A stretch of 64,000 bases of DNA from Azolla caroliniana (taxonomy: Eukaryota > Plantae > Polypodiophyta). Each line of letters starts with the position of its first letter. Positions within the stretch are counted from its first letter, which is position 1. The position numbers and the translations under genes are program-made. Shown piece after piece: positions 50,668 to 64,000 of the stretch. A model generated the notes under the pieces. It was not told the DNA's origin, searched no databases, and saw only the letters and a list, made by a program, of their open reading frames with translations. The stretch is from the NCBI GenBank assembly GCA_043228905.1, contig JBHGNT010000014.1, positions 7,564,001-7,628,000 of the forward strand. The letters run 5' to 3'.

Positions 50668-53600
50668 TGTTGAGCAGACCAGCTCAACCAGATCTAGATC
50701 GGCTGAATAAGCCATAGCCGGATTGGTATCCGGAACCAAGAACCGGATTGGATTGTAACCGGTAAGTTGTTAGAGGCCTACGAATCTAGCCTAGTACGTA
50801 GGCATATTTTTAGGAGTCAATGTCAATCGCTCGTATGAGAATTGAAGTACTTGTCAGTACTTTTGTTAGTCCGTGTAAGGACTTGTATAAAAGTACTCTC
50901 TGAGCACATTCTATGTACAAAGTGTTATTATCTTGAATTGAGTTCACTGTTTTTCTCTCTCTGTCTCTCCAATGTATTCTCTGTTCCTAAGCTTCCATTC
51001 TCTGTTTTATTGTTGTAATATGATTGAGCCGCTTTGTCTACTAGCTTCCACACGCAATTCTTTACATGGTATCAGAGCGCGAGGGTTGAGAACCGCTGAT
51101 GCCGACAAGCGACTTCCAAAGACAAACCCTAACTTCCGGAAAAGCACAGATCGAGAAGAAGGAAGATATGGGCAAAAGTATGGTGAACTCACTTCCGATA
51201 GAAAAGCTCGACTGAAGCAACTATGCGTCTTGGTCGTATAAAATGCTCTAGTACTTGCTGGGGCATGGATACTAGAGCTACGTGGAAGGAGCAAATGTGG
51301 CAGCGCTGGATTCGTCACACAAGGACTTCCCGGTATGGGAACAAGGAGTGAGCAGAGTATTATACTATCTTGCGTCATGTGTGCACGACCAGATGCTCGG
51401 CTACATCAGGGATGCAAAAACGCCGAAAGAGGCTTGAGAAAATCTCCAAAAGATTTTCGCCGCAAGTACCATAACTCGAAAGTTGCAGGTCCGACAAGAG
51501 CTCAACAATATCCGGCAACGGGACATGTCGGTCACCGACTACACCACCAAGATCAAGGAGATCTGCGACTGCGCTCAGTTCCATCAACGTGATGGTGGAT
51601 GAGGACGAGATGGTCTACATCTGCCTCAGTGGTCTAGCACATCGCGGTATGGGCCAATCCAGACAACGATTTGCACTCGAGAGAAACCACTGTCCTTCTT
51701 CGATCTGCAATCTATGATGATGGTCGAAGAAAACCATGCGAGTGGGTCAAGGACCACTAAATCAGACAGCCGGATGTTGTACACGGAGGTGGATCGGCCC
51801 TGTGGGCGTGGAGGACGAGGTGGGTCGGCATGCAATAGCGGCGGCTGGCAAGAGAAGAACCGGAGGCACAATGATGGTGCCGACAATAGTTCCAGATCCT
51901 CCACAAGCACGGGGAGTCAAAGTGGTGCCGGAAACTGGTAAGGGAAGGCCGACACTAATGACGTCGAGTAAGGGGCATTCGACGGCTTCAAGTTCCACGA
52001 CACATGTGGAATTGTGAATATCACCATCGGTTCTATTATCCTTGGATCGGCCCATCCGATTTCATTTGGATAGAATGCAAATGCTTTGCCATGTCTTTCA
52101 AGCATTTCCCGAAATTCGACTTCCTCTTATGGCAAGAGAATTTCATCTTTCCCAACACGAAGCTTTTCTCTCGTCTCCTTAGTGAAGGTATGTCTGATTC
52201 CTCTCGGATCTCGTGCAACTTCCTTCATTCTTTGCCGGCTATCCTCAGGTAGCGGAATAGCAACCGGCTTTACCTTCTTGTCCACCATCTTGTATTTCGT
52301 GTTAACTTTGACTTTCTCTGTCATGATATTTCGCCTATACTCGTTGATGGCAACATACATCTCGATGGAGTTTATTTGAATTGATCGCTGGCTCTGAGGG
52401 CCCAAGTCCACAACATTCTCCATTTCTCCATTGGTGTCGTTAAATGAGGCTTCCTCCATAACCCATACCATGCTTTCATCACCTTCCAATATTTGTTCTT
52501 CTCTTAAAGCTTCCTCGAAGCTTTGCACCCAAGACTTCTCTTCTTTATCAAATGTGCTGATTTTGCACACTCCATTAGGGGCTACGTACAACCCTCCTTT
52601 CACAAATTCGCAAAAATTTCTTTCTTCTTGGGGCATACGCTTGCTTGGACTATTCACACCCCGCTCACAAATAGCTCGCCCTAAATATCCGAAGCATCTT
52701 CTTTGAGACACTCCCGATTCCTTTCGTGGTTGGCAAGCACAATCAAGAACTGTACGACCTTCTTCCCATCAAGACTCCTTACTCGAGCAAATGGTGTACC
52801 ATTGTCGAACAATTTGGTTTCCATCCGAGAAGATGTTATCTATGGTTGCCCAAGAATGATAGGATGGGATGTTGAATCTTGAACAAAAAAATGTTTATCT
52901 ATCTCGACATCGCCAATCATGATGGGGATATTAGGACATGCACCAGACAGGTCTTCGGTAGCTTTCATTGCCGCACGAATCTTCCACCAATGATTCGTAT
53001 TTATGGGTCATATTCCTTTTTTGTAGACCTTAGTCGACATAAGGTTGATCTCGGACCCATGGTCTATTAAAGCTACAACTGTTTCTTTTCCCTCTCCCAA
53101 CTTTACTGCCATCTCCATCGTCGCTCGTGCCCACTGAGGCCGAGTATAGTGGCTATCCACCATATCTTCATCGACTTGGTCCCTTGCCATCATTATGGCA
53201 TTTGCTTTTGTTTTTAGTGGCTTCTCTTCTTCCTCATCCAACTATTGCCTTTTCCTCTTTACAAGGTCCACGATCATATCATGGAACTCCTTCGTAATGT
53301 TGAGCAATTCCCTCAAGGACAAGATCACATGGCTATTGAGAACACGTTCCTCAAGAATGTTCTTTAGATCTGTTGTTTGTTCTATGTCCGACCTTAGCTT
53401 ATAGGTAGGCATAGTTCTTGTCTTCCAAGCGAGGTCTTTGACATCAACCCTCATGGGCCGAACCATTTCTTCGACTCGTCTGCTTGACTCCCCTTTCCGG
53501 CTCGAGTCTCCACCCTTCGTTCGTAAAGCTTGACTTGCTTCCTCATCTTCTTTCTTTTTCGTGCTCCTTGTTTCACGCCTTTTTGATGGGCCTTGCTCTT

Positions 53601-55034
53601 CCATTCTTTTTCTCTTTTCATCCAAGAGCACCTTGTGGTTGTCGCACATCACTTCCGCGAGTATGGTGTTGTCATCTACCAGATCCGACCATCTAGTTAT
53701 ACTTTGCACACTTCGGTACATCGTCCGAAGTAACTTTGCCCTTTTTCTTACATTCGAGAACAAAAGACCAAAACTTTGTTCCCGTTCTAGCAGCTTCATT
53801 TTTATCTTTCCCGACTCTTATTCTGGCCGATGCAACATAGTGCATCGCATCCACATGAGTCGCCTCAACATCTTCCATAGCTTTCTTCATTCCCCCTCTT
53901 CCAAAATTCACCCACAGGGATCTTCTGGTTTCATTCAAGTAGATCACGTTGTCATCCATGTATATGATATTTTGTTGAACAGCCTCTCGAAGGCTCGCAC
54001 AATCCCTTCTCATGTGGTCCATGCTGTCACACCACAAACATCTAAAGGGTTCTTTTCCTTTCGAGCCCCGGCGACTGATGTTCGCTAGCATGGCCGTCTC
54101 GAATTTCTTCCAGTTCTTCAATGATGTCATCATCAATCTTCTTTTCATCTAGGTTGCTTTGTTTGGGCAGCTCAACAACTTTTGGTTGTCTTGTTTTCTC
54201 CCCATTCAATCCTGCCAAGTCAGTGTCATCAACCCACTAACAACGCTTCACGAGCCTGTTGCATGCTCGCTTCACCATAATCCAGTCTACCACAAGCCCA
54301 TTCGCTTGGGTATCATCTTTGAGGAGAGTCCCCAATTCTCCTCTATCCTTCATATCCACAACTTTCAGGAAGTACAAAGTCTTCTCCTCCTCAAGCAACA
54401 CTTGGTTCGTGGCCGGGAGACGATTAAACATCTAGTCAAACTCGTCGTATACTGTCAAGGCACTCATCTTCTTATTTTTCTTCTCTATCCACTTCATCAA
54501 GACATGTCGAGTCATCCTCGAAAAATCTTCCATCACGAACTCTGCTAATATTGCTTTCTCGAACTCAAACCATGTTGTCTTCCCTTCTTGAAGCTCGATG
54601 ACTCGCTTTTAGACATTGTTGGCGACAACTCTCTTGAAACTTGAGATTTGACATTGATTCAGACACGTCTCTATGATTCATCTCCCTTTTGTATGCATCA
54701 AGGAATTTCGTAATGTTCCTTCCATCAAATTGACCCTCGATCTCCACGACACGGTCGACAACCTTCTCCATGCTCGCATCGTTGTCCTGAGATCTCATCA
54801 TTTGTTCGACAATTACCATCATCCTTTCAAACTCTCCTGCTTGATTGCTTGAGGATGCCATCTCTAAGTATTGGTCGATCCTCGCCTTTATCCTTCCTAC
54901 CGCTTCTTCACGTCAAGTTCACCAACAAAGATGTCCAGGATATCCTCACGTGTTTGTGAAATGAAGCGGGACCACCGGGGCCCTGGACCTGAAGGATTCG
55001 AAGTTTGTACTAGCTTTAGTGAGAAAATATTTAA

Positions 55035-55104
<70 letters not shown>

Positions 55105-58100
55105 TCCAATTCTGAGATAGATTAAACCCTTGACTTCAATTTTCAGAGACAAGATACATCACCAATAGGATAACTAGATTTTTTATTATTAGTTTCCTCC
55201 TTCAATACATTGCTTTCCCCCCATCCTTTTTCATTTTCTTCCTTTATAGATGTCCCCATGCATATGATGCATGTGAGGGTAGAAGACATGCATAGAATGC
55301 ATGAAATGCATGCGATGCATGTTTGCCATTTGGCATTCATGCATCACATGTGATGCATGATGACCATGTCACTCACCCAAACTCTCATGTATGAGAATTT
55401 ACATGTGAAAAGTACAATGATGAAAATAAATTGCAAAGAAACATCTTAGCCTAATGGTATGTCGATTGTCTCCTATCTTGGGGGTGTAAGGTTCAAAACC
55501 CATGTGCACATTAATGTGTTAATATACAAGTGTAATCATCACCCCTTTCATGCATGTGCACATTGCACCTTCTCGATTTTCTCCTTCCACATGATTTTCA
55601 CACCATTGCCGAAAATCTTCATGACAACAGTGTGGCTGAAAGGAAGAACCGGTCAATTGTGGAGGCGGCATGGGCAATGCTGGAAGAGAAGAGCATGCCC
55701 AAGTTCTATTGAGCCGACGTGGTTGGGACGACCGTCTACATCCAAAACCGGATCAGGGATAAGGTGTTAGCATACGAGCTATATTTCGGGCAAAAGTCGA
55801 ATTGAAGACACCTTAAGATATTCGGTAGCATTGCATATGTGCATGTGCCGGATGAGAAGCGGAGAAAGCTGGACCCAAAATTGGAGAAGTCCATCTTTGT
55901 CGGTTACTCACATGTGCAAAAGGGTTATAAGTGTTATAACCCCCAAACAAAACAAGTTCGAGTCAGCCGAGATGTCGAATTTGATGAGTCAGCATCATGG
56001 TACTCTCTCCCAACTCCGATGTCCGACTCCAACCCGATTCCAATGGATGAGGCTAGTGAGCCCGAAACGATCCGGGCAGAAGATGAAGAAGGATTCGGTA
56101 CTGTGGATGAGAGTCTGATCTCATTCCAGCTAAGTGGGCCGAATGAGCGACTAAGTTGGCATGACCAGTTAGATGAAGAGCTGGCGAGTAGAGGAGACTT
56201 GGTCGTGCTCTCCTCGCACAAGGAACCAAAGAGATGGTTCATGTGCAAAGAGAAGGGGAAGAAGAAGATGCCGGAATATGACATCGGCAGGGACGAGTCA
56301 GATCGGAGCGAATCCGACTCCGAAAAGAACAAAGACGGACCTTCAGAAACAAAGTCCAATCCAGCCAAGAGGCCCTTGAAATCGGCTAATGAGAGGTTAC
56401 GCCGATCCACTCGCCAGAAGAACCCCGTAAAAAGTTCTCGATATAATGAGTACATGAGGAAAGTGGTGGAGGTGCGTGGGCCAAAGAGCTACGTAGAAGC
56501 GGCAAGGGATGCACATTGGTGTGCCGCTATGGAGGAAGAGATGTGGGCACTAGATGCCAACGACACATGGAACCTGGTTGACCCTCCCCGACATTGCAAA
56601 CCGATCAGTTGCAAGTGGGGGTACAAGGTAAAGTATAATGCTAACGGTTCGGTCAACCGATACAAGGCCCAATTAGTGGCCAAAGGATATGCGTAGACCC
56701 ATGGAATCGACTATGACAAGACCTTCGCTCCAGTAACGAAGATGACGATGGTTCGTGTGGTGCTAACGGTTGTTGTGGCAAGGGGGTGGCATCTTCACCA
56801 AATGGACGTGAAGAATGTGTTTCTTCAAGGCAACCTTGAAGAATAGGTCTACATAATCCAGCCCCTGTATTTCAGTTGGAGATGAACAAGTCTACAGTGT
56901 GCCGACTCAAGAAGTCACTTTACGGCCTAAAGCAAGCCCCCCGTGCTTGGAATTCGAAGATCACGCACCGGTTGCGTAAGATGGGGTTTGCGGCCTCAAA
57001 GTTAGATTCTTCACTGTTCATCCAGAATGGTTTGAAAGGTCCGGTATGTATCCTATTATATGTAGATGATCTAGTCATCATCGGACCTAGAATTTTTGAA
57101 ATTGGCCGACTGAAGTCCCAACTATCGGATGCATTCGAAATGAAGGACCTGGGGGACCTTCATTACTTCCTCAAGATCGAAGTGATGCACACCCCCGACG
57201 GCATATTGCTCTCACAATGACACTATGTGTTGAATATATTGTACCAGTTCGGCATGATGGATTGCCGACCAGTCTCCACACCCCTGGACCGGAACCTAAA
57301 GCTTCATCCCGACTCCGGACTGGCTTGCGATGAGAGACGGTTTTGACAAATTGTCAGAAGCCTTATTTATTTGAGGATCACCCGACCGGACATTAGCTAT
57401 CCAGTCTGAGCGATAAGTCAGTTCATGTAGAAGCCGACTATGGAGCACCTTTAGTGCATGCACCGAATACTAAGGTATGATCGCGGCATTAAGGACCGGG
57501 GACTGTTATATCGACGTGGTATAACAGAGAAGCTAGTCGGATATACCGATCCCGACTGGGTTGGAGATACGTTGGATCGACGGTCCACTTCCAGATTCAT
57601 GGTTTCTCTGGGTAGCGCGACTGTTGCGTGGAGTAGCAAAAAGCAGCCAACTGTGGCTCTGTCGAGCACTGAGGCTAAATATCGGGGCAGTACCGTTGCT
57701 ACTTGTGAAGCCATTTGGCTTTGGCGGTTGATTTAAGACTTCCGGGTTGAAGCACCGAGTCCAATTGCGATCTACTGTGACAACATGAGCAACATGCAAC
57801 TAGCCGAGAACCTTGTGTTTCATGCTCAGACAAAGCACATCGACGTGCACTACCACTTCGTGTGTGAGTGGGACTTGAGCGGTGAAGTCAAACTCCAGTA
57901 TGTTCGAACGGATCGGTAGGTTGCCAACATCTTCACCAAGGCCCTTTGAACTGACAAGTTGCAGCATTTTTCGGAGATGCTTGGTCTTCAACATCTCAAC
58001 ATGTCGCCCTTGACTGGGAGAATCAGGACCGATACGGGGAGCCACCGGAACGGAAAGCCCAAGCCAAAGACAATCGAAGCAGGGGGAGACAAGAAGAAAA

Positions 58101-58999
58101 AGGAAGTCCAGCCAACTGAAGAAGTCGGCACGATGACGATAGAGTCAAGAAGGACAAAGCCGACCAGAAGGCCAAGACCCGGACGTGGTCCGATGTGGTA
58201 AAGGGTCTAAAGATCGAGGAAGAATTGGAGATAACCAATTCGGACAAGAGCTGGAACGAATCGGAAGCATCCGGTTCGGATGCAGTGTTTGATTCAGAGG
58301 AGCTGGATCAACTGAAGGCCAAACCAACACAGAGGAATCGACGGGTCGAGACACGCCAGAGTCGCAACAACAAAGGAGCTAAGATGGGCCTTCTGAGCAA
58401 AAAAGTCGGCCGAGAAGGTCGAGGTGCGCGGGACCAGGCGGGTCGTGGAAAGTGGAACCGGACGGGTCGAGGAGCGTGAGCAAGGCAGGGGGATGCTAGG
58501 GGGAGCTAGAGGAGAGAACCGGCTACCACTAACACTGATACAACGATCCGACCTCAAGTTGAGCTTGAGGGGGAGTTTTTAGCGAACAAGCTCAACCATA
58601 TCCGGATCAGCTGAATAAGCCAGAGCCGCATCGGTATCCGGAACGGAGAACCGGATCAGTATCCGAAACCAAGAGCCAGATCGGATTGTAACCGGTAGGC
58701 GGTTAGAGGTCTATGATTCTAGCCGAGTACATAGGCATATTTTTAGGAGTCAGTGTCAGTTGCTCGTATGAGCATTGAAGTACTTGTCAGTACTTCTGTC
58801 AGTCCGTGTAACGACTTGTATGAAAGTGCTCTTTGATCACATTCTATGTACAGAGTGTTATTATTTTGAATTGAGTTCACCGTTTTGCTCTCTCAGTCTC
58901 TCCTGTGTCTTCTCTGTTACTAAGGTTCCATTCTCTGTTTTATTGTTGTAATCCGGCTGAGCCGGTTTGTTTACTAGATTCCGCATGTTATTCTTTACA
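50668..58999 (+). mobile_element. Copia with both LTRs (50668-51066, 58576-58999) and perfect TSD CTAAA; nested Gypsy with associated deletion
   Basis: PBS 51067-51078; PPT 58567-58575; gag 51180-51960; integrase tail/RT/RH 55627-58020. Confidence 0.96.
51980..55626 (-). mobile_element. Gypsy element of the tRNA-Trp lineage, truncated at the start of RT; 5' LTR 54932-55626
   Basis: PBS 54907-54924; gag 'GQFDGRNITKFLDAY', zinc knuckle CLWCDSMDHMRRDC, protease 'ALIDHGSEINLM', RT start 'EPMVIFTIPHVSWN'. Confidence 0.9.
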
Positions 59000-59649
59000 C
59001 TAAATAACAAGCCTCTTGTTTTTGAAAGAAAGGTTCGAAACCTCCTAGGCCTACATGTTACATTTTTGCTTCAATCAACCCTTTAATATAGTAATATAAT
59101 ATGAATGTAATTAACATATTGCATTATGCTAATGATATCATTGATATGGCCTTTATCTATTACAAATATATCTTATATAAGTATGTATATAACTTGTCGA
59201 TGGTATTCACACTTAATATTATTTTAATAACATGCATGTCATATTCTTGTATTATTTTTTAAATTTGCATTATGAAGTCTTAACACTTCACAACATCCAC
59301 ACCTTTTTAAATTGCATATCATTTAGCATATGTCAATGTGATTTATTCTCATGCTAATGCATTGGAGGAGGCACGAACTCAAACATTTTCTTGATGTCTT
59401 TGATCCTCTTACCACATACCACATTCTAACGTAGTGTCCCATCCAATTATTCGTTATGCTTATAAGTAAAATTATCATATACCTTTTTAATAAGAATTCC
59501 TCTTTATCCATTGATTGGGTCAACCATTCATGATCGTTTTCATTAAATGATTCTCAACATTTCGTTCAATGTGTCAAACCTTCGTTTTGTCTCTACCATT
59601 TCATGTACATCTTTTTTCAATTATTCTTGGTCTATAATGTATTGTTGTG

Positions 59650-61440
59650 TTCTTGAACCTGATCTTCAAATATATAATATATCGAGTGATGAGGATAAAT
59701 TAACATGTTCTAAACAAGTTCTTGACTTACTCTTAAAAGGAGTTTAAAGATGTTTTCCCTAAGGAACTACCAAAAGGGTTACCACCTAAACATAATATTG
59801 ACCATAATATCAATTTCATACCCAGTACTTCACCTGTTCGTATTCCACTATATCGATTTAGTTGAACTTTAAAAGAAGATGAGATTGCTTCACAACTTAA
59901 GGAGTACTTAAGGATGTAAAGAAAAAAGATGGTTCTTAACGATTAAGTATTAAATAATGTCACTATAAAAAATAGTTACCCCTTGCCTCAAGCAACTGAT
60001 TTGATAGATTGTCTGCAAGGAGCTAAATATTAATCAAAGATTGATTTGAGATTTTGTTATCACCAAATTCAAATTACCGAAAATGATATTCCAAAAACAA
60101 CATTTCATACGCATTATGGCCATTACAAGTTTCTAAGTATGCCTTTTGGTTTGACTACTACTCCGACCACATTCCGAGAAGAAATGAATGATATGTTTTG
60201 AGATTAACTTGTGTTTTGTCCTTTAAACATCGCGTGAGAAACTGTTACAATTTTATGCCAAGATATCAAAATGTGAGTTTTTCAAGAAGTCAATTACTTA
60301 TCTTGGACATTTGATCATTGAACAAGGTGTACAAATTAATCCTTCTCAAATAGAGAAAGTCAAACGATGTTGTAACCTTTTGAGAGTTACGTTCATTTTT
60401 AGGTTTTGTGCCTTTTTGGCAAAAATGGTCAAACGTGCAAGTTGCAAAACTAATCCTTTGGATTGATCATCTAGATGAGCCATTTTGAAAACTCAAAGAA
60501 CATGTGTGCGAGGCTCTTTCACTTCTCTTACCAAACCCATCTAAACCTTATGAGGTTGAGACTCATGGAAGTGATTATGCAATAGGGTTAGTATTGTATG
60601 AAGATGTTAAACTTGTGGTTAAGCCTAAAGCAAGTGATTATGCAGTAGGGACACTTGTGTATTAAGGTGCCAAACTTGTGATGGGGATTGATGCAAGTGA
60701 TAATGCGGTAAAGAAAGTATTGTATCAAGATGCCAAACTCATTGCATTTGAGAGGAAGAAACTTACTCCAACTCGGTGTCGGTATTCAATACAAGAAAAA
60801 GAAGTATTTGCAATCATACATACACTTAAGTCATGGAGACATTATGTATACATCAAAATCAATTTGTGGTAACTACTAACCACCAGTCCTTGAAATATTT
60901 TTGTCCAAATTTCTAAGGTTAGCTTGCCCTTGGGGGGTCGCTACTCTTTATCTTGACCAACACATGCGTCGCTTGTTTCTCTTCCTCTTTCAATTAAGAA
61001 AACCGGAAAGATGCTACAACTTCCATGGACTTGAGCAGACCAATTTTATAGTCAATCAAGCATAGATGCAATTCATTATCCAAAAAACTATTCAAACTTT
61101 CTAGACCTTATGTGTCGTAAGGCACGATTGGTAAAACTCATTCAAGACTTAGATTTTTCTATACGATATCATAAAGGATCCATGAACATTGTTGATGTTG
61201 GTGCATTGAGTCGTGTTCAAGAAGTTAACATTCTTAGCTTCACTTAAATTAAATTTGATTTGTACAAACATCTTTGAGGAAAGTACCTTGTTGATAATCA
61301 TTTTCAAAAATTCTTGGTTCTAGCTGAATCTGGAATACACGTCATAAACACTTTATCCTTGAAAGCAACCTTCTAAATTGCAAATGATCAGTTCTACCAT
61401 AATGGAAAGGTTTGTTTCCCAAATTTGTTTGAGGTAAAGA
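59650..61440 (+). mobile_element. Highly degenerate Gypsy RT-RNase H-(integrase start) fragment
   Basis: 'DVFPKELPKGLPP', 'YPLP', 'MPFGLT', 'YSIQEKEVFAIIHTLKSWRHY'. Confidence 0.85.
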
Positions 61441-62303
61441 AGATGTACTAAATATCGTGCTTGTTTTTTTGAGTTGACTCCATCTTGCTCTTCATTGTGA
61501 GAATTCATTTCCCTCTATCTTCAATCTCCATTGCAATCCAGATATGCTTGAGTTGAGTTGATTTGGTAGTATGACTCAATCTATATGCGTTGCACTTGAG
61601 TTTATTCTTTTGAGTTCACTGCATATCGCCCTTCATTGCGAGGATCCATTTCTCTTTATCTTAAACCTTCATTACAATCTACATGCGCTTCATTTGGTAC
61701 CATATGATTGTCCAAGTGGGATGATTTGGTATGAGGTGTAGGTAGGCTATAATCAAATAAATTATGTTGGTAATTACTATGTTGTATTGGGTAAAACAAA
61801 TAATAATAATAAAGGAAGATTAGGGGAAGATTAGGAGAGCATAATGCTCTTAAGGAAGGTCACCAAAAATATAACCTCAAAGAAAGAAAAATAAGATCCA
61901 CATCGAACCATCATCTCAGATGATGTGTTGTGATATGCAAGGGAGTAAGAATACAATCAGAGTCAAGAAAAATAACATGTTGTTTTAAATCTAACCTCAT
62001 GAAACCATTATAATTAGACCTTACTTCCAAAGAAATGAAAACAATGCTTACTTCATATCTAAGATTGAGAAGGATATCATCGCAAAGTTGCCCAAATAAG
62101 GTATGAGGAAAAGAGATAATACAATAATGGAGAATTAGGAAATTCTAAAAGCGCATGTGAAGATGTGCAAGAAAAGGAAGACCTCATTGTTGCAATGGAA
62201 TTTGCCTTGTAGATTAACAAGAACTCCAACAACGACCATGCAAACAGGTTAAGCAAATCCCCACTCCAACTATGGGCGAGACCATTGTAGTAACCTTTGT
62301 AAC

Positions 62304-63912
62304 TGTAGAAAGTAGCGTGCGGAAGCAGGTATGAAGACAGAACAGAGGAAGGAAACTCAGGTTCAATGGAGAGCTTGGGCTTACACGGTATACGCGGGAG
62401 AGACAGAGAGAGTAGACACAAAAAACTATTTCAATAATAATACTCAAGTCTGTACATAAGACGTGCTCAGTGAACACTTTTATACAAATCCTGGAAGGAC
62501 TGACCGAAGTACTGATAGTACTTCAATGCTCATTAAGAGCTCCTACACTAACTCCCAAATATATTCCTCACGGAATATCTTTCCTAACGACCTCCCAGTT
62601 TACGCACTCGGCCTAACTGATCGGTCCCAACCGATCCGGTCCTCGGCTTCTTCAGCTGATCCGGCCGATGTTGAGCTTGTCTCTCAACACTCCCCCTCAA
62701 GCTCAACTTGAGGCTCTTCGGGATCTTCACAGCGCCGGTTCCTCCTGGCTTCTCGCCTCGCTCGCGCTCCTCGACCTGTTCGACTCCACGCGCTTCGACC
62801 CTTCCGGTCGGCTTGTCTGCTCATGCGGCCTTTATCAGCTCTTCTGCTGTTGCGGTGTTGACGCTTCTCCTGCTGCCTTTTCTTCCGCTTGGGCCTCGGT
62901 TGATTCAGTGTGTCTGAATCAAACATCCGAACCGACTCGGCTACACCTGATCGGTTTTCGCTCTCGTCCGAGTTGGCTGTCTCCAACTCGTCCTCGGTCT
63001 TCTCGCCTTCGATGGCGTCATCTTCCCCATGCGTGGTTGGCTTCGGCTCTCTCCTTCGGTTGCTCCCCTTCTGTCTGCTTCCGAACTTTTCCGCGGGTCC
63101 GCCCTCGGCTTCTTCAGCCGATCCGATGTCGAACTTGTCAACCGACTCGGTGTCGTGGTGTCCACTCCTTTCCTGCTGCCTTGCTTGGTCGTTCGGGGCT
63201 TTTCTCCCCCTCAAGTTTGGCACGTCGAGGTGACGCAATCCAAGCGCACCTGAGAATTACCGCAACTTGTCCAGACCAAGAGGCTTGGTGAAGATGTCGG
63301 CAGTCTGCCGATCCGTCGGAACGTACTGAAGTTCGACTTCACCGGAAAGGACACGCTCACGGACGAAATGATAGTGCACCTCAATGTGCTTGGTCTGTGC
63401 GTGGAAAACAGGGTTCTTCACGAGTTGGATGCTGCTGAGGTTGTCGTAGTAGATCGTCATTGGATCGGACACCTCCTCTTGCAGTTCCTTAAGTAGCCGC
63501 TTCAACCATATGGCTTCGCATGTCGCGACAGCCGCTCCTCGGTACTCGGCTTCGGTGCTCGACAGTGCAACTGTCGGCTACTTCTTACTGCTCCACGCGA
63601 TCGCGGCACTCCCGAGCGAGAACGCGTATCCAGACGTGGATCGGCGATCGGCAGCGTTGCCAGCCCAATCAGCATCGGTGTAGCCGACTAACTGCGCGGC
63701 TGCACCGGTCCGATATAGCAGTCCCCGGTCCTTAGTGCCGTTGACATACCGAAGTATGCGTTGCGTACACTGAAGGTGCTCCTCGGTAGGTCGCGCAATG
63801 AACTGACTGATCATTCCGATTGGATAACTGAGGTCGGGTCGGGTGATGGTCAAGTATATGAGGCTTCCGACCATTTGGCAGAACCTTGTCGGGTCGCATA
63901 CCTTTCCCGTAT
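62304..63912 (-). mobile_element. Copia 3' part: RT end, RNase H, C-terminal extension, PPT, 3' LTR 62304-62689
   Basis: 'GYTDADWAG..RRSTSGY..WSSKK', 'TKHIEVHYHFVRE'; PPT GAGGGGGAG next to 62689. Confidence 0.95.
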
Positions 63913-64000
63913 TGTCGTGTTGTTACGCGCGTGCGTGGAGAAAGGCGGGACCACGGGGGTCTTGGACTAGGGAGCGACGGAGCATAGGAAGTCGCACTTC
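63913..64000 (-). repeat. Edge of another tRNA-Trp-lineage LTR inserted into the Copia
   Basis: TGTCGTG terminus and GGGACCAC..GG..TTGGACTAGG motif shared with ~5808-5834 and ~54968-54990. Confidence 0.65.

Overview
Eukaryotic, TE-dense plant DNA, most consistent with a non-seed land plant (moss, lycophyte or fern; inferred from the TE lineages, not proven). Most of the window is nested, decayed LTR retrotransposons: several Ty1/Copia elements (tRNA-iMet PBS), Ty3/Gypsy elements (a Tat-like piece with an extra RNase H, a Tcn1/sushi-like chromovirus-type element, a tRNA-Trp-primed lineage with gag-only non-autonomous derivatives) and solo LTRs. There is also a Tc1/mariner-type MITE, a LINE fragment, microsatellites and one 100-N gap. 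One probable host gene is present (Ser-rich CxCxPTTHxGSFRCxxHR family, 30391-31199, minus). Top finding: a fragmented, intron-containing minus-strand gene at ~33021-35956 that the ORF track splits into anonymous pieces but which reassembles into a ParB/Srx-like domain fused to a complete beta-class N6-adenine/N4-cytosine DNA methyltransferase. Other highlights are tRNA-like Pol III A/B boxes at a fixed 43-nt spacing inside LTRs, and an LTR element whose PBS points opposite to its gag.
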